Counted from the first letter of the stretch, positions 14,275 to 28,414 are shown. The stretch: DNA of 64,000 nt from Octopus sinensis (GCF_006345805.1 NC_043007.1:6386001-6450000), one strand, 5' to 3'. Program-made: numbers and translations. Notes: generated from the letters alone by a model not told the origin.

Positions 14275-15539
14275 CCTTCTTTTTAATTCATGCCACCCAA
14301 GACACACTAAAACAAACAACCCCTCAACCTTGCAAGAAGGATATGCACAATAGTGTCAGAACAAAATACCAGAACTTTAGACTGCAAGAACTCAAAAACA
14401 CCCTAATTGACAGACATTACCCAGCTCAACTCATAGAGGATGGGATCAGACGTGCAACAGAAATCAACATAGAAACTTTAAGAAAAGTTCAACACAACAA
14501 CACACCTTCCCCGAAATACTACCTTACATATCTACATACAACCCCAGAAACAAAGAAGCCTTCACCATCATCACCAGAATTTACCAATACTTCATAAAAA
14601 CCCAAAATTAAAGGAAATTCTAAACATACACCAAATCATTAAAAGCTACAAACAGCCTAAATCACTTAAAAAGATTCTCACAAAGGCAAAATGTCTTCTA
14701 AAATTACGGATGCAAAAGTAAAAAAATGTGGTAGATCGAACTGTGCAACATGTCCTAACCTATTGGAAGGATCAGAATTCTTCTTTAAGAGGGACAGAAA
14801 TTTAAGATCAAATCTAACTTTACTTGTGCCTCTGAAAACATAATTTATGTCATTAAATGCTCGGGCTGCCACCAAGACTACGTGGGTTCCACGGGACTAT
14901 CACTCAGGCGTAGATGCACACTGCATCGACAACAGATTGCATTCCCAGAATATAGAATGATACCTTTTAGTGAGCACATTGAGAAATGCGCAAAGCAACT
15001 ACTACCACAATTTTTAATCTTCCCATTTTACCAATGTGCTTTCGGATCATCAACACAAATGAGACTGAACAAGGAAACATTCTTCATTGAAAAGTGCAAA
15101 CCCAGACTCAACCATCCGAACATACTGACACAGAGAAATTAACAAGGGAAAGGGAAAAACCATCCGAACATACTGACACAGAGAAATGAACAAGGGAAAA
15201 GGAAAAAAAAAATTAAGCGATTATCTCCCTTACACCGGAAGAAATCACTCACTACCTCCCCTTATTTAGAAATCTCCTGAAAATAAATACAACGATAACT
15301 CCATGCAATATAAACATAACGTCACAAGAAATTTGAAAAGCTACACGCGAAACCGGTAATTTCTTTAAAAATTTTAAAATTATGTCATTTTAAGGAAAGG
15401 AAAAAAATTTTTCCAATATTCTCCAGACATTTTGACACAAATATATATATTTTTTAACATTTAAGCCTTCTGTCGTTTTTTCACACTTTACTATTTTCTT
15501 ATATATTCACCCACGTGCTTTACCAAACAAACTTTCTTA

Positions 15540-15540
<1 letters not shown>
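14271..15540 (+). mobile_element. Penelope-like element 3' part (RT thumb, GIY-YIG endonuclease, pLTR), frameshifted
   Basis: Fragments read NSCHPRH..LARRICTIVS, KKCGRSNCATC and NFTCASENIIYVIKCSGCHQDYVGSTGLSLRRRCTLH (GIY-YIG). There is a ~48-bp duplication at 15113-15210. Confidence 0.85.
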
Positions 15541-15574
<34 letters not shown>

Positions 15575-15783
15575 ATACAGAGACACACACATATATCCAT
15601 ACACACACACACACATATATATATATATACACACATACAAACATATATATATATAACACTATATATATATGTATGTATATATATACATATGCATATATAC
15701 ATATAAATATATATGCATATACATATATATATATGCATGCCCATATGTATACACACACAGACGCAAAACACACACACACACAC

Positions 15784-15838
<55 letters not shown>

Positions 15839-16099
15839 TATATATATATATATATATATATATATCCCGAATATTCTTAGCTGAATAGTATTGTTCGTAG
15901 CCGGCTCAGTCTAGGTGTATGAAATACTTTCATTCATTTTGGTCTGCTAACAGCTTTGCATATGATTGCTTTTGAAAACAAACATTTTCTCGTTGAACGG
16001 CTATAGATTGTGACGTGATACTTTTTCTCAACTAAACAAATACTCCTAAAACTAAACTAGATATAATCTATAGAGTGCATAGGAGATCAAGGCTTGTCG

Positions 16100-17230
16100 C
16101 TGCTGCTGTTATTAGAAAGATGAATCTTTTAATACACATTTTCCAATATTCATTGTGTTTATCTATTTACAAAGGTTTATTGGTTGTCGAGGGGTGTTGG
16201 ACGGGAGTGAGTGAGGGGAGTGAATCTCATCTGTTTTCCAAATCACTTAGCGATATAACTTTGTAGATCACACATCTGGCCAGCTTCGTTTTGTTGTTTT
16301 TAGTCTCAGGTACGCAATATTGGAGCAGACATTATTTTTGTTCATTTTATATAGCAATTTGTAAAGAACAGTGCGGTAGGCTACCGGTGTCTATAGTCTT
16401 CGTTGATATACATAAAATGAAGATACGCACCCACCCGCAAAAAGATACACAGCTTGTATTTAATTTGCTATCTTTTTATAAAATGACCAGAGTTTATAGC
16501 TTTCGGTTCTTCAGAAATGGCTGTCAAATACCGGGGTGCGGCGTCTACGTGATGCAAATGTCATATCATAGTAGGAATATTGTGAAAACAAGCTGTTACG
16601 AGGTGAACCTTTTAACCGTAACATCACACCTTTTCGTAAACGGTTGTAGGCATTGTCGCAGACGTTTTCCTGATTTTATATTTCAATATCCAGGTATTGT
16701 TCATCTAAGACAACAGCATGCAGTTAAAAATCTATAGGCAAAATAAATTTCTTCTTCAGTAAAAGATTCAAGATGATGTTGCTTAAGTTCAGGTAAACTG
16801 CCAGTGTTTAGTCATATGGTTAAAGTGTTTACCTGTCGGCATCTATCTGAAGCTATCTACTCTGTTTTTATATTCTCACCAAATCACCATCATGTATCTT
16901 CTTCAAACCCGAAATGATGACAGATAAAGTTGATTTCGGCTGATCTGACCTACGAAAATACATGTGTTCAATTCGGTGCTTATATGACTCTGCCAATCCA
17001 AAGTGTTGATATTCTATGTTGGCTAATCTATATGAGTTTTCCATTTTTTAAAAAAATAACTAATATATATGTCCACTCTTTGCGTTCATGGTTCAAATCC
17101 CAGCATCGCCTTTGTGAAGGTAGACTTAATACCAAGTTGCCATCTGGTGACTTTGTCAATTATAGTGGAGTCTACTCTGTTGGATTTGTGCCATGGTTCT
17201 AGCTTTGAGAGACCCGCCCTCCTTGAAGTC
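16100..17230 (-). mobile_element. Highly degenerate RTE-like LINE RT relic
   Basis: Scattered fragments (DEQYLDIE.KIRKTSA, NEDYRHR*PTALFF, APILR) loosely match the RTE post-RT region; many stops. Confidence 0.4.
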
Positions 17231-18852
17231 CTCCACCGGTCCTTCCCTCACACCAGTCTTTAAAGTATAGGAATCTAAGGCACTGCCTTTCCTCCTTTTC
17301 TAAATGTTAAATGAAACTCACTTCAACTTGCGTAATTTTTGCTCTGTGTAACTCCCTCCTTCGATTTATTCGTCCGTAGCTACAATAATACTGCTTCCGT
17401 CAGATCGCGTCTAAATCAATCACCTCTCACCTTTCTCTAACCTTTATTATACCTCAACTTTTAAGTACAGCGACTGCTGAACATTGCACTCAGCCGCTCC
17501 TATAAGAACGAAACTGAGAAATTTATCCTTTCATTTTATCCTTTCATTCATAGATCATATACAGAATGTTTTAGCAACATTCAGTACATCCACCCATACA
17601 GATCAGTAGCATCAACCTACAGATCTGACCTTAAAAATAAAATCATGTAATAAAAATCGATTCTCCTTTTCGGTTTAGAAAAACGTAACAGCCATTTGTA
17701 GTCAAGGCACAGTACTTCATTCGTAAAGTAAATTCTTTAGAAATATGTCCAGTTTATTTGTGGTTTCTTAAGACTTCAACCCAAATAATATTGTTTGGTC
17801 TATGAAATACAACTGATTTATTTACAAATAGTTTATGTATCAAATAAATCCATTTCTTAGTTTTGTTGTAAGCACGTATGTGTGCGCACATAATACATAC
17901 ATAGATATATACTCACACATACACGCACACACACACACACATAATGAATGGCCACACAGCATAGCATTGCGGAAACCTGTCATGAATTATCACATTCATT
18001 ATTATGTTAACATTTGCCTTCATCACCCCAAATGCATCCATTCAACTCCGTTGACATACCCAACAAAAACCTATCAATTGAATACCAAAGGTAATATTTA
18101 TCTTGAATGGATATTAATCAATGATTTGATATTATTTCGCTGTATACGAAAGCTTTTACATTATCCGTTTACACTGCAAACGAAATGATCTGTTTATTAC
18201 CAAAGAGAAGGTAACAATTGTATAATAAGTATAGAGTTCCATCTCTCTAATATACAAATGAACAGCTGCAACATTTGGGCAAAACATTCGTAGCGTAATG
18301 TGGATGAGGGTAGCAGTCTGCTTCTTTCTTTTACTTCGCCGGTTACGATTTATATTCACTTATGTATGCATGCATGCATGCATGTATACATGCATGCATG
18401 AATATTTCGGTGGCAGATGTTAGTGAAGCTTGGTTTATGCATGCAATTCAAAATTCTCAACATGTGGCACATTTTTTTTAATAAGCTTACAGAGTTACAA
18501 AAGTTGGTCAGCAGCTGAATTCTATTATCGCAAGAGTACAACATTCCATGTAATATTTATGATCACAATGCCATTCTCAGCGCTAAAAAATTACCCTATT
18601 CTATATTCATAGATACACGTCAGCAGAATCATATTATTTCAGCATATTCATATTCTTTCTTTATCAAATATTGGCCATCTTGCCATTAAATACAGACGAT
18701 TTTATTGATTTCTATAGCAAGTCGAGAAATAATAGTGAAATAGATTTATTGTAATTATCCGTCAACGTAGATCAGAGGTGTTGCAATGAATCTTCTATGT
18801 CCGTCTTTGTTTCCTACTTACATGTTGCTTTTTACATCTTTATATTTGATAG

Positions 18853-19050
18853 CTTTGCAAACTTTAATTTCCAATATGTAATTTTAATTTTGATCGAAAT
18901 AGATTTGAATAGTAATGACAATGACTTTGATAGAATTATATTCAACCTGAATGAGCAACGAGGATGTAGGAATCTAGATAGAGATGAAGATAATTTGGCT
19001 ATAATGAGATTGACATTCCCGGTTATTGACACACACTGCACATCTTATCC
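18853..19050 (+). CDS. Candidate coding exon, unidentified
   Basis: Lies in an 85-codon ORF; tttgatag acceptor and GTAAGT donor; D/N-rich peptide DLNSNDNDFDRIIFNLNEQRGCRNLDRDEDNL. Confidence 0.25.
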
Positions 19051-19123
19051 GTAAGTTTCTCCTCTCCCTCTCTCCACACACATATATATATATGTGTGTG
19101 CGTGTGTTTGTGTGTGTGTGTGT

Positions 19124-19163
<40 letters not shown>

Positions 19164-19283
19164 CGTGTATAGATAGAAAAGGAGGGTGATAGTTACATAA
19201 ATAGATAGAAATATACATATATGCAAAGTATGCAGAACATGTCAATAGCGGAGAATGTCAAACTATAACATATAGAGATGTAA

Positions 19284-19335
<52 letters not shown>

Positions 19336-19505
19336 CCTTTTGTTTAATAAAGAAACATATATCCATTCCTTTTGTTTGTTTGTTTCTTTATTACTTTATT
19401 TCTTCTCTATCTACATCGTTCTCTTTTCGTATAGTGATGTTTAATTTTAAATCGCATGATACATATTCAATATTCAAAACTTCATGTACATTTATATATA
19501 TGCGC

Positions 19506-19553
<48 letters not shown>

Positions 19554-19573
19554 GTATATTCATATATATACAT

Positions 19574-19616
<43 letters not shown>

Positions 19617-20630
19617 GTGTGTGTGTGTGTGTGTATACAGCTTTTGACAAAGTTCTACGCGCATAAAGTTCTGAACCAAAACATAACCCAAAATGTAATG
19701 AACAAAATTCCTTCAGAACCTCATTCCATCCTATTCCAACCTGAAACCCAATCACCATTCAAGTGAACCCCCCCAAGCCCCCCCCCCCCCCAATTTTAAC
19801 TCAGATTATACGAAGCTTCGAAACTTCGAAGTCACAGTGAATCTAAAATCACTTCTAAAACAATAACAAATTTGTACTCTGAGTACGGAGTAACCATACT
19901 GATCATTGTGGAGTGCCAATGCCCGATCCACCTTCGACTTTTTCCGTTCCTTACGTATCGTTCCGTAATGAAATTAGTATAACATTACTATAAGACAAAT
20001 AATGTTGTTGGTTCCATTTAAGCGCATATAGATTTAATATTTGGATAAATACGAATCATAAAAATGTGGCACAAACCTTTTCCCGAGCTCTTCATGGAAT
20101 CGCAAATATAATTCCACTTCCCAAATTCTCAGAAGTCTCGTTTTTATTTATTTGAATTAACAATGAAAATAGATTAATTAATCGCACTTCCAAACTTGCG
20201 TGTTGGCTCGTTTGATTCACTGTGTATTATAGAGACGGACGATAATGCTCGAAATATATAACAATTGTTTTATTGCAGCTTTACAGACGTTCGGCCGATT
20301 GACATAAGACTTATCAGGATCTATTTTTTTCCAAATCGTATTTTCATGGAGATATAGAAATGCAGATACAGAATACCATACTGAATATTACACAGGTGGA
20401 ATAGATTTAAGAATTGCAGCGTTTGTTAAAGAAAGGAAACAATAAACTTGACTAGCTGTGTCGTGGGGTAAGCAAAGATATACCAGAACGAAGATAGGAC
20501 ATGCCAATTCTATATTAGGAAGAAAATTTTTGTTTGAAATCGAAGAACCCCTTATTTTAAAGGCGTGGTTATGTGAAGTATTTAATGAAAGGCGTGCATT
20601 AACTTTTCAGTGAAGTAACCCAATTCATAG

Positions 20631-20952
20631 ACCCCCTTCGGTCATGAATGACCATGGGATTGCACCTAGAAAGTTACCCTCCTAGACACAAGTCCGGGCA
20701 AGGTTGTTTATGGAAGACCAGCAGTCGCCCATGCATACCAGCCTCCCCCTCTCCACGTCACCAGTGTTATCCATGGGAAAGACAAAGGTCGATACAGCTT
20801 GGCACCAGTGACGTCGCAACTCATTTCTACAGCTGAGTGAACTGGAGCAACGTGAAATAAAGTGCCTTGCTCAAGAACACAACACGCAGCCCGGTCCGGG
20901 ATTCGAGCTCACAACCTCACGATCGTAAGCTCGACGCTCTAACCACTGAGCC
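20631..20952 (-). mobile_element. tRNA-derived SINE (family D)
   Basis: Minus-strand head ggctcagtggttagagcgtcgagcttacgatcgtgaggttgtgagctcgaatccc is tRNA-like. Confidence 0.8.
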
Positions 20953-21924
20953 AACCCAATTATATTGACTGGAATTATATAAAGCCTTTGTACTTTTATT
21001 TAGCGAGATATTAGTTTATATCAGCGAGATATTAATTCATATGAACAGAACAAAATTAAAATCAATCATAGCTGCTATCGCTATATATGTATATATATAT
21101 GCCTACAGGTATATCAGTTCAATAGAATAGAGGTTATCTCTGGCTATGGTGAAATATGAGTCGTAGGTTAATTAATACAATGAAATGGTGTTTTCAATTT
21201 CATTCCTACCATCGAAATATCTCATATTGGACAAACAACAGATAGAGAATACTAGTTTAGTTGAAAGACTTCAAATTCAAGTGTCCTCAATAAAGATTAG
21301 TTGAACTTGGCATTTAAATATTTGTCAATATACGATATTTCGATATTAATGTCTTTCTACAGTGTACCAATTACTTTGACTAAACTCGCTCACTCTTTAT
21401 CTTTCTTCAACGCACGCGCGCGGACACGAACACTCACACGTACACACACGCACACACACATTACGCTGCGTTTGTGGTTTATTTCAGATAAAATTCCTTA
21501 CTATTTTACTGCTTTTCTATGCTTGTCTCCTTTCCCATTTCTTAGTTCTGGATTTGAACATGAGACTGTATCACTTACGTGTACTTTTGGCAAATTGTGT
21601 TTGAAGTTTACTTTGTCTTTTTACGAGATTAGCTATTTCGGGTGCATAGATATGATTATATTTTTATGATATATTTTATTGTATATTTTTCGACAGACCA
21701 ATGATTAATCAGATGAATATAGTTACTGAACAGTCTATGAAAATTTGCCTTGTATATAATAAAGAATGGCGAACAATAAAATGTAACCGAAATTTGACCA
21801 ATGCATTATACGGATCAGTAAATCATTTTTTTCTTCCCATGATTTTGAAGATAATTACTCAATTGAATGATAGCAGGAGAAAAGAAAAGGCATGAAAAGT
21901 GAATGACATATACATAATTACGCA

Positions 21925-23115
21925 GACGAGGCTATAGGCGCAGGCGTAGCTATGGACGCAAGCGTAGCTATGGGCGCAGGCGTGACTGGAGAGTAAGAAG
22001 TTTGGCTCCGAAGAACATGCTTTCGGTTTCAGTTGGCAAGTGTCTTCTAATATAGCCACATCGAGCAAAGACTTGCGCGTGGATTTGGGACAGGGAAACT
22101 GAAAGAAATCCGTCGTGTGTATATACGAAGTCTGATTAATAAGTATCCGGATTGTTGCCATAGTAACGAGGCTGAAGCAAGCAGACTGAAGCCACTTGGC
22201 ACAGATTGACCTCGAACTCTGTTGTGCATAAGCACTAAGTTTTAACGTTGTAACTCACTTCCGCTGTTTACAGAAAAAGTTGTCATGACGATACCTGCTG
22301 AGAGGCCTACTCAAATCTGCAGAAAGTGTATGGAGGGGAGTGTATGAGCGGCACACTAGTGTACGAGTGGTTCAGAGGTTTCCAAGATGGCCGAAAAATG
22401 TCGATATCAACGAACATTCTGGGAGTCCTTTAACCGGCAAAACTGAGAAAAACATTACAGATGTACTTGTAATTCTGAGGAGAAATCGTCGAATCACCAT
22501 CAGCGAGTCATCAGAAGATGCGCAGATTAGTTGCGGTTCAGTTCAGTCCATTTTCACTGAAGATTTGGTATAAAACGCTTTCAGCTGACAAAAAAACACA
22601 CTCGGGTTTCAGTTGCACAAGATCTTCATGATTGTGTCAAGAACGATGAAATACTTTTGAAAACTTTGTGTAGGCCTCTGAGCAGGTATCGCCAAGATTT
22701 TGTCAATATTTGATGCAGATACTCTTCTCAGCCTTCTGTTGTAATCAATGCGATGATCACACGCTATACATCTTCATTCCAAGCACTGCCGTAAATAGCG
22801 GACGTGAGAATGTTAAAACAGTGCGCATGCACAGCAGAGCTCAATGTCAATCTGTGCGAGTGGGTTTACTCTGCGCGCTTTAGCTTTGTTATTATAGCAA
22901 CCGTCCGGACATTTATTGATCTGACCACGTATATATGTGTGTTAACCTGTGTATCTTTACCTCTACCAGCGCTTGGTAACTGGTGTTAGTGTGTTTACGT
23001 CCACGTAACATATCAGTTCGGGTAAAAAAAACACAGATATAATAAGTACCATACTTAAAATATAAGTGTCAGGCTCGATTCGGTCAACTAAAATTCATTA
23101 GTCTCAATGACTGCC
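21925..23115 (+). mobile_element. SINE family A copy split by the mariner at 22126-22929
   Basis: 5' half at 21925-22125 and 3' half at 22930-23115 rejoin across the internal TA/TG microsatellite. Confidence 0.7.
22126..22929 (+). mobile_element. Internally deleted mariner transposon
   Basis: ~48-bp imperfect TIRs (cgaagtctgattaataagtatccgg / ccggacatttattgatctgaccacg) with TA flanks. HTH fragments read KVYGGECMS..VYEWFRGF and RRNRRITI..ISCGSVQSIFTEDL. Confidence 0.85.
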
Positions 23116-23162
23116 TCAGGTGCAAGGGTAATGCATAAAAGGTAAAAGATACACACACACAC

Positions 23163-23218
<56 letters not shown>

Positions 23219-23220
23219 TA

Positions 23221-23940
23221 TACCAATTAAGGTGAATTTTATTTTTATTTGAGAACAAAATCTTTGTGAGAATGGCGATTTGACGTCTATATCTAGCATG
23301 TTGACTGTCCACCTTTCGTGTTCAGTCCTTAATTGGTATATATAAAATATTTTAATCTTCGGATTCTTTTTAATGTGCTAGACCACTGGTTTTAATTGAC
23401 TAACATCAATTTTTACCCTTAATTTTTAAATATGAAATATATGTTCTCAAACCGATAAATTGACTGCTGCTAATTATTAGCTGCAGGCTGGTTTTTCGAT
23501 CATCAGCGCGCCAAAAGTAGAGGCATTTGAAAAATACATCCGAACATAATAGGTTGTACTTTTTGCATGCGGGACTCCGGTACCGTTTTTCATCTAGTAC
23601 AGCATATTCTGCTCATAACAAACTACGCTGACGAAGCTTCAGATATCCTTGTGATATTAATAGCTGAAACTGTACGGTACGTAGGTGATTATTCCATTTA
23701 GTATATTTCTTTTGTCTTATCCATTGCGTTAGGTCGTGCTGAATTTTATTTTTATTTGAGAACAAAATCTTTGTGGAGAATGGCGATTTGACGTCTATAT
23801 CTAGCATGTTGACTGTCCACCTTTCGTGTTCAGTCCTTAATTGGTATATATAAATATTTTAATCTTCGGATTCTTTTTAATGTGCTAGACCACTGGTTTT
23901 AATTGACTAACATCAATTTTTACCCTTAATTTTTAAATAT
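23221..23940 (+). mobile_element. HHR-bearing partial tandem unit (retrozyme-like or Penelope pseudo-LTR)
   Basis: ~200-bp direct repeats at 23233-23433 and 23740-23940 differ only by two 1-nt indels. They flank a ~306-bp spacer holding the HHR. Both ends abut (TA)n. Confidence 0.65.
23623..23684 (+). ncRNA. Type I hammerhead ribozyme, canonical core, apparently intact
   Basis: Layout: stem I CUACG(23623-27)/CGUAG(23680-84); core CUGACGA (23628-34); stem II AGCU/AGCU with inner AUAUC/GAUAU helix; GAAAC (23666-70); near-palindromic stem III ACUGUACGGU; GUA cleavage triplet at 23677-79. Confidence 0.85.
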
Positions 23941-24082
23941 ATATATATATATATATATATTCAGATTCAAAATGGCTGACGACCAGCATCACAAGGGCAC
24001 CAACGAAAGTAAATCAAAATGTTGATCCATGTATGTATGTATGCACGCACATATATATATATATATCAACGTACGTATATAT

Positions 24083-24113
<31 letters not shown>

Positions 24114-24689
24114 GTGTATATAGCAACGTATATATATATACATGTACTTATATATGTATGTATGTATAAATTTTGATAGTGATTATGCACTCTACATATT
24201 CATATTTGGCATATATACCTAGACACACAAATATATATAAACATGTTCTTGCGACTCTATTGCCTAAGTATCACTCAGCGTACAGCGATCTGGTTACTAA
24301 GTCTAAGGACACATGAAATAATTCATAATATTTCACCTGCAACTAATATAAACGTAGAAATGATAAATGGCGATAAAACTTCTACGTTAGATTACAATGT
24401 TGCTGTACATTTTCCTTGTTGCGCATTCCTCCATAGTAGCTTCACCTGCTAGATGTAACAGCTAAATCTTTTACTAATCACGTCTTAAAACCCAAGAAAA
24501 GGAATTAAGTGGATAACATTACGAGTGTATGTTTTTTGATCATCTTCGATTATGCGTTTGATTCTGACAAGAAAGAATTTTTAAGGAAGAAGCGCAAGAG
24601 CCACATCAGATAAAAACAGGCAAAAGTAGCAGCAGCACCAACAAGACAGATGTGCAGCTGCAGCAGTTGTAGAACAGCAGCAACAGCAG

Positions 24690-25047
24690 TGGAGGCGCAA
24701 TGGCCCAGTGGTCAGGGCAGCGGATTCGCGGTCGGAGGATCACGGTTTCGATTCCGAGACCGAGCGTTTTGTGTGTTTATTGAGCGGAAACACGTAAAAG
24801 CTCCACGAAGCTCCGGCAGGGGGTGGTGACGACCTCTGTTGTACTCTTTCACCCCAACTTTCTCTCACTCTTTCTTCCTGTTTCTTGTCCCCGACTTCCT
24901 ACGCAACCGCTAAGCCTGGATGCGCATTCATCCATCCGTCGATGCTCTCGGTGTCGTGGGTTGACCTGCTTTCTCTTCTGCGGGTTTTACGAATAGCAAA
25001 GGACCACGTTTCGGACTTCTTCCAAGAGGACGAAAACCGTTACGCTC
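24690..25047 (+). mobile_element. tRNA-derived SINE (family B)
   Basis: ggaggcgcaatggcccagtggtcagggcagcgg..ggtttcgattcc with A/B boxes; probable TSD cagcaacagca. Confidence 0.8.
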
Positions 25048-27145
25048 AACAGCAACAGCAAATGTGCAGCAGTAGCTTCAGTGAAACAGCAGCAAAAAAC
25101 GGTAAGAGCAGCAGCGCTAAAAGTGTAGCCGCTGCAGCACCAAAAGAAGTGTAAAAATCTATTCTCAGCAAGACGCCATTTAATGTCAGCTGACTTGCCA
25201 GAAATAAAAACCAAATGACGCACAAATTGTTCATAGCCATCTCGAAAGAAGAGCGAAACATTTCGCAGTGAAATGTTGGGGGCCCTCTCTTGTAAAACGA
25301 GGCGTGGTGTAGGATTTATTCCGAGGTAAACCGAACTAGTAAAACAAATAACACTTCGTGAAAAACGTTTGTTTAGGTTTGATTTGAAACTCAAATCTCC
25401 CAAAATAAATAGAAACTACAGCAACGAAAATAACAATCCTTTCTACTGAAGGCACAAGGCCTTGAAATTGTGTGTGTGTGTGGAGGGATAGTCGATTACA
25501 TAGACCCCCAGTGTTACACTGGTACTCAATTTATCGACTCCAAAAGGATGAAAGGCAAAGTCGATCGCGGTAGAATTTGAACGCAAATAAGAATAATATT
25601 AACAAGAAATTGAACAAAGCTTATTTTTTATTTGCATTTGTTATTTTATGAACTTCAAGTAAATGCTTAGAAAACATAATTGTTTCTTGTTTCTAATTTA
25701 GGCGCAGAACCTTATATTTGAGAGCAGCGGATTAATTGATTAAATCGAAACCTGGAATTGGCCGATATTTTATTTTCTCGTTTCAAAAAGAATGGAATTT
25801 GACAAAACCTGGATTTGAAACAAGCTTTTAAAAATATGTAACAAATACCGTCGGATGACCATGCCCGGAAATATGGCAACGATTCTGCCAGATTTTCAAG
25901 CTGTTGTGTTTGTTTCACAAACATCAAGACAGAAATTTACGGATGTATGTGGGTGGGGTGGAGTAAAACGACTCCACTACGTGACTGATATTTGACTGTA
26001 TCAAAGCCGGACGGCAAAATGGCAGAATTACTCTTGGTGGGATTTGAACCCAGAAACCAGAAACTGACGAAAGACTTTTAGTCTGACTCTGAAATGATAT
26101 TTCCAATAAAGCACCCGACTCCAGCCATGAAATGTCACTGTCCGCTGTTCGACTTTATATCATATGATGGTGGTGAAGGTGGTGAATCTCGTCGTTCAGC
26201 GATGGGGATTCAGTTTTAGACCCAAGTAAATCAGACACATGTAGTAGTCAAGCAATCCGCAGGCGGCGCCAGTGAGACACTTTGCGAGAGAATTACAAGT
26301 AAAATCCCAATAACTTTTATACGCTCCTCGTTTCATCAATTCAATTCACATTGCATGGGTTAAAAAATCATAACCACCCTACATAAGTCACTGTGGTATC
26401 AAATGTAAGGCCTCATGGTCGATACAAAGTAAATACAAAGGAAAAGGGCATGGAAATTATAAAACAGAAATAAATTAATACCACATCCTTGAGATTAAAA
26501 CAATGCATTATGCATTTTATATGATATATTTAAAAAATAAGTGGGAGAGAGGATATATATGAGAAAGCAAGAAAAAATAAAAACAGACGCCACATAAAAA
26601 AAAAACAACGAAGAGCCAATAAAAAAGACGGAGACCGTAAATGCTAAAGTTCAAATTTAGAACATTTATTTCAAAAATTACAGCAAACCTTTACGATGTA
26701 TTTATGCATGCATATTATTTGAACTTAAATAAACTTTACACTAAATATGATCGGCTGTAGTTTAAATATTGAACATCAATAAAATTCTCTTTTATGTAGG
26801 GTAACCATATTCGTCTTACATATAAAGCACTTAATATATGGAGATGCTCCGTAAATTTGTAAATAATTTCTATTAAACATGAATGTGCTTCAAATTAAAG
26901 GATTTTCAAAACAAAATTGATTAAATATGCAGCACGTTGTGCGACATGTTTTGGCATTTTAATTATCAAAGTTAATAGAATATGTTATCTGTTCTGCAGC
27001 AGGTTTTGGTAAACATGTCGTAGCAAAGAAGCAGAACTAAAATTAACGTGAACAAGGGTACGGAGTAGCGTAAGTTTAGATAAGGGTAAGAATGTGAAAG
27101 ATTGCTGACTCTCTAAATTAGAGAGTGACACATTCAAACAGATAC

Positions 27146-27321
27146 TTTGGGGTCATAAGAATTGTAACCATCACTCCACACGTGCATATTTCCGCCCATC
27201 ATATACTGCCGTGTAGAGTCAACCGGCAGATTAACCGAATGGAAACTTGTTTCAGAGATAGAATCTTGTCTTTGTAACTGAATGTAACTGAATGTCATAG
27301 CAAGCTTACACAGATACACAC

Positions 27322-27358
<37 letters not shown>

Positions 27359-27373
27359 CTCTCATCTCTCTTT

Positions 27374-27410
<37 letters not shown>

Positions 27411-27686
27411 TTCTACTTGTTTCATTAATTAGACTGCGGCCATGCTGGTGCACTGCCTTTAGTCGAGCAAGTCGACCCCAGAACTTATTTACTGTAAGCC
27501 TGGTACTTATACTATCAGTCTCCTTTGCCCAACCGCTAGGTTACAGGGACGTAAACTCACCAGCATCGGTTGTCAAGCGCTCAAGCGATGGTGGAGAACA
27601 AACATAGACACACAAACACATATGTATATATGTATGTATGTATGTATGTGTATGTATGTATGTATGTATGTATGTATGTATGTATG

Positions 27687-27717
<31 letters not shown>

Positions 27718-27932
27718 ATATATATATATATTTTTATATACCACGGGTTTCTTTCAGTTTCCATTTGCCAGTCTTAAGTAGAAGAGTCTGGCCCAAGGTG
27801 CCACGCAGTGCAACTGAACCCGGAACATGTGGCTGGTAAGCAAGCTACTTAACAGAAAGCCACTCTTCGCGCACACGGATCACATGGACACACATACACA
27901 AACAACCACACACACACACACACAAACACATA

Positions 27933-27976
<44 letters not shown>

Positions 27977-28018
27977 CTCATACGTAGATATATGGAATAA
28001 AAGAATGTAATTTGGTTC
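27146..28018 (-). CDS. Candidate exon pair (27984-28018 and 27146-27277), unidentified product
   Basis: Splice sites ttgtttcag|..|GTATGA and cattcag|..|GTATCT are phase-compatible and give TKLHSFIPYIY-LQRQDSISETSFHSVNLPVDSTRQYMMGGNMHVWSDGYNSYDPK. Confidence 0.3.
27409..27872 (-). mobile_element. SINE family A copy
   Basis: Homologous to 6975-7377. Confidence 0.8.
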
Positions 28019-28414
28019 CTGAAACAATAAGAAACAAATATTAATTCATATCGATCTTGGTATGTAACCTCTACAGAAGATGACTTTACGTAGTTACAGA
28101 TTTCCATAGAAAAAAAAAAAGAAATAGAACGTTGGATACTTTTGTCTGGAGAATCTAAACAATATGCTTCGCAATGAAGTAACTTCGTACCAAAAATACA
28201 GGTTTGTTTTCCTTGTGTTAAATATCAATAATCGAATATTAAGTCAAAGTAAAAGAAGAACAAAAACTAAACTAAAAATAAAATCGGTTACCAACGCGAT
28301 ATCCGAGATTGCATTACCTCTTGCATCTCCCATATTTGCTATGATTTTTGTGTTAACATGTGCACGTGTGTTTGTACGTTTGTTTGCAATCTATATACAC
28401 ATATATGCATAAAT

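Noticed and set aside
20285-20320. Hammerhead-like CUGAUAA...CGAACGUC on the minus strand
   Set aside because: G8 and one A of GAAA are missing and there is no stem I; too degenerate to call.
20880-20952. tRNA-like sequences at SINE heads (also ~24690 and ~35841)
   Set aside because: They lack a complete cloverleaf and acceptor stem and continue into SINE bodies, so they are not tRNA genes.
24620-25145. CAG-rich tract suggesting a polyQ coding exon
   Set aside because: It is a low-complexity CAG/CAA run split by a SINE, with no consistent frame or splice structure.
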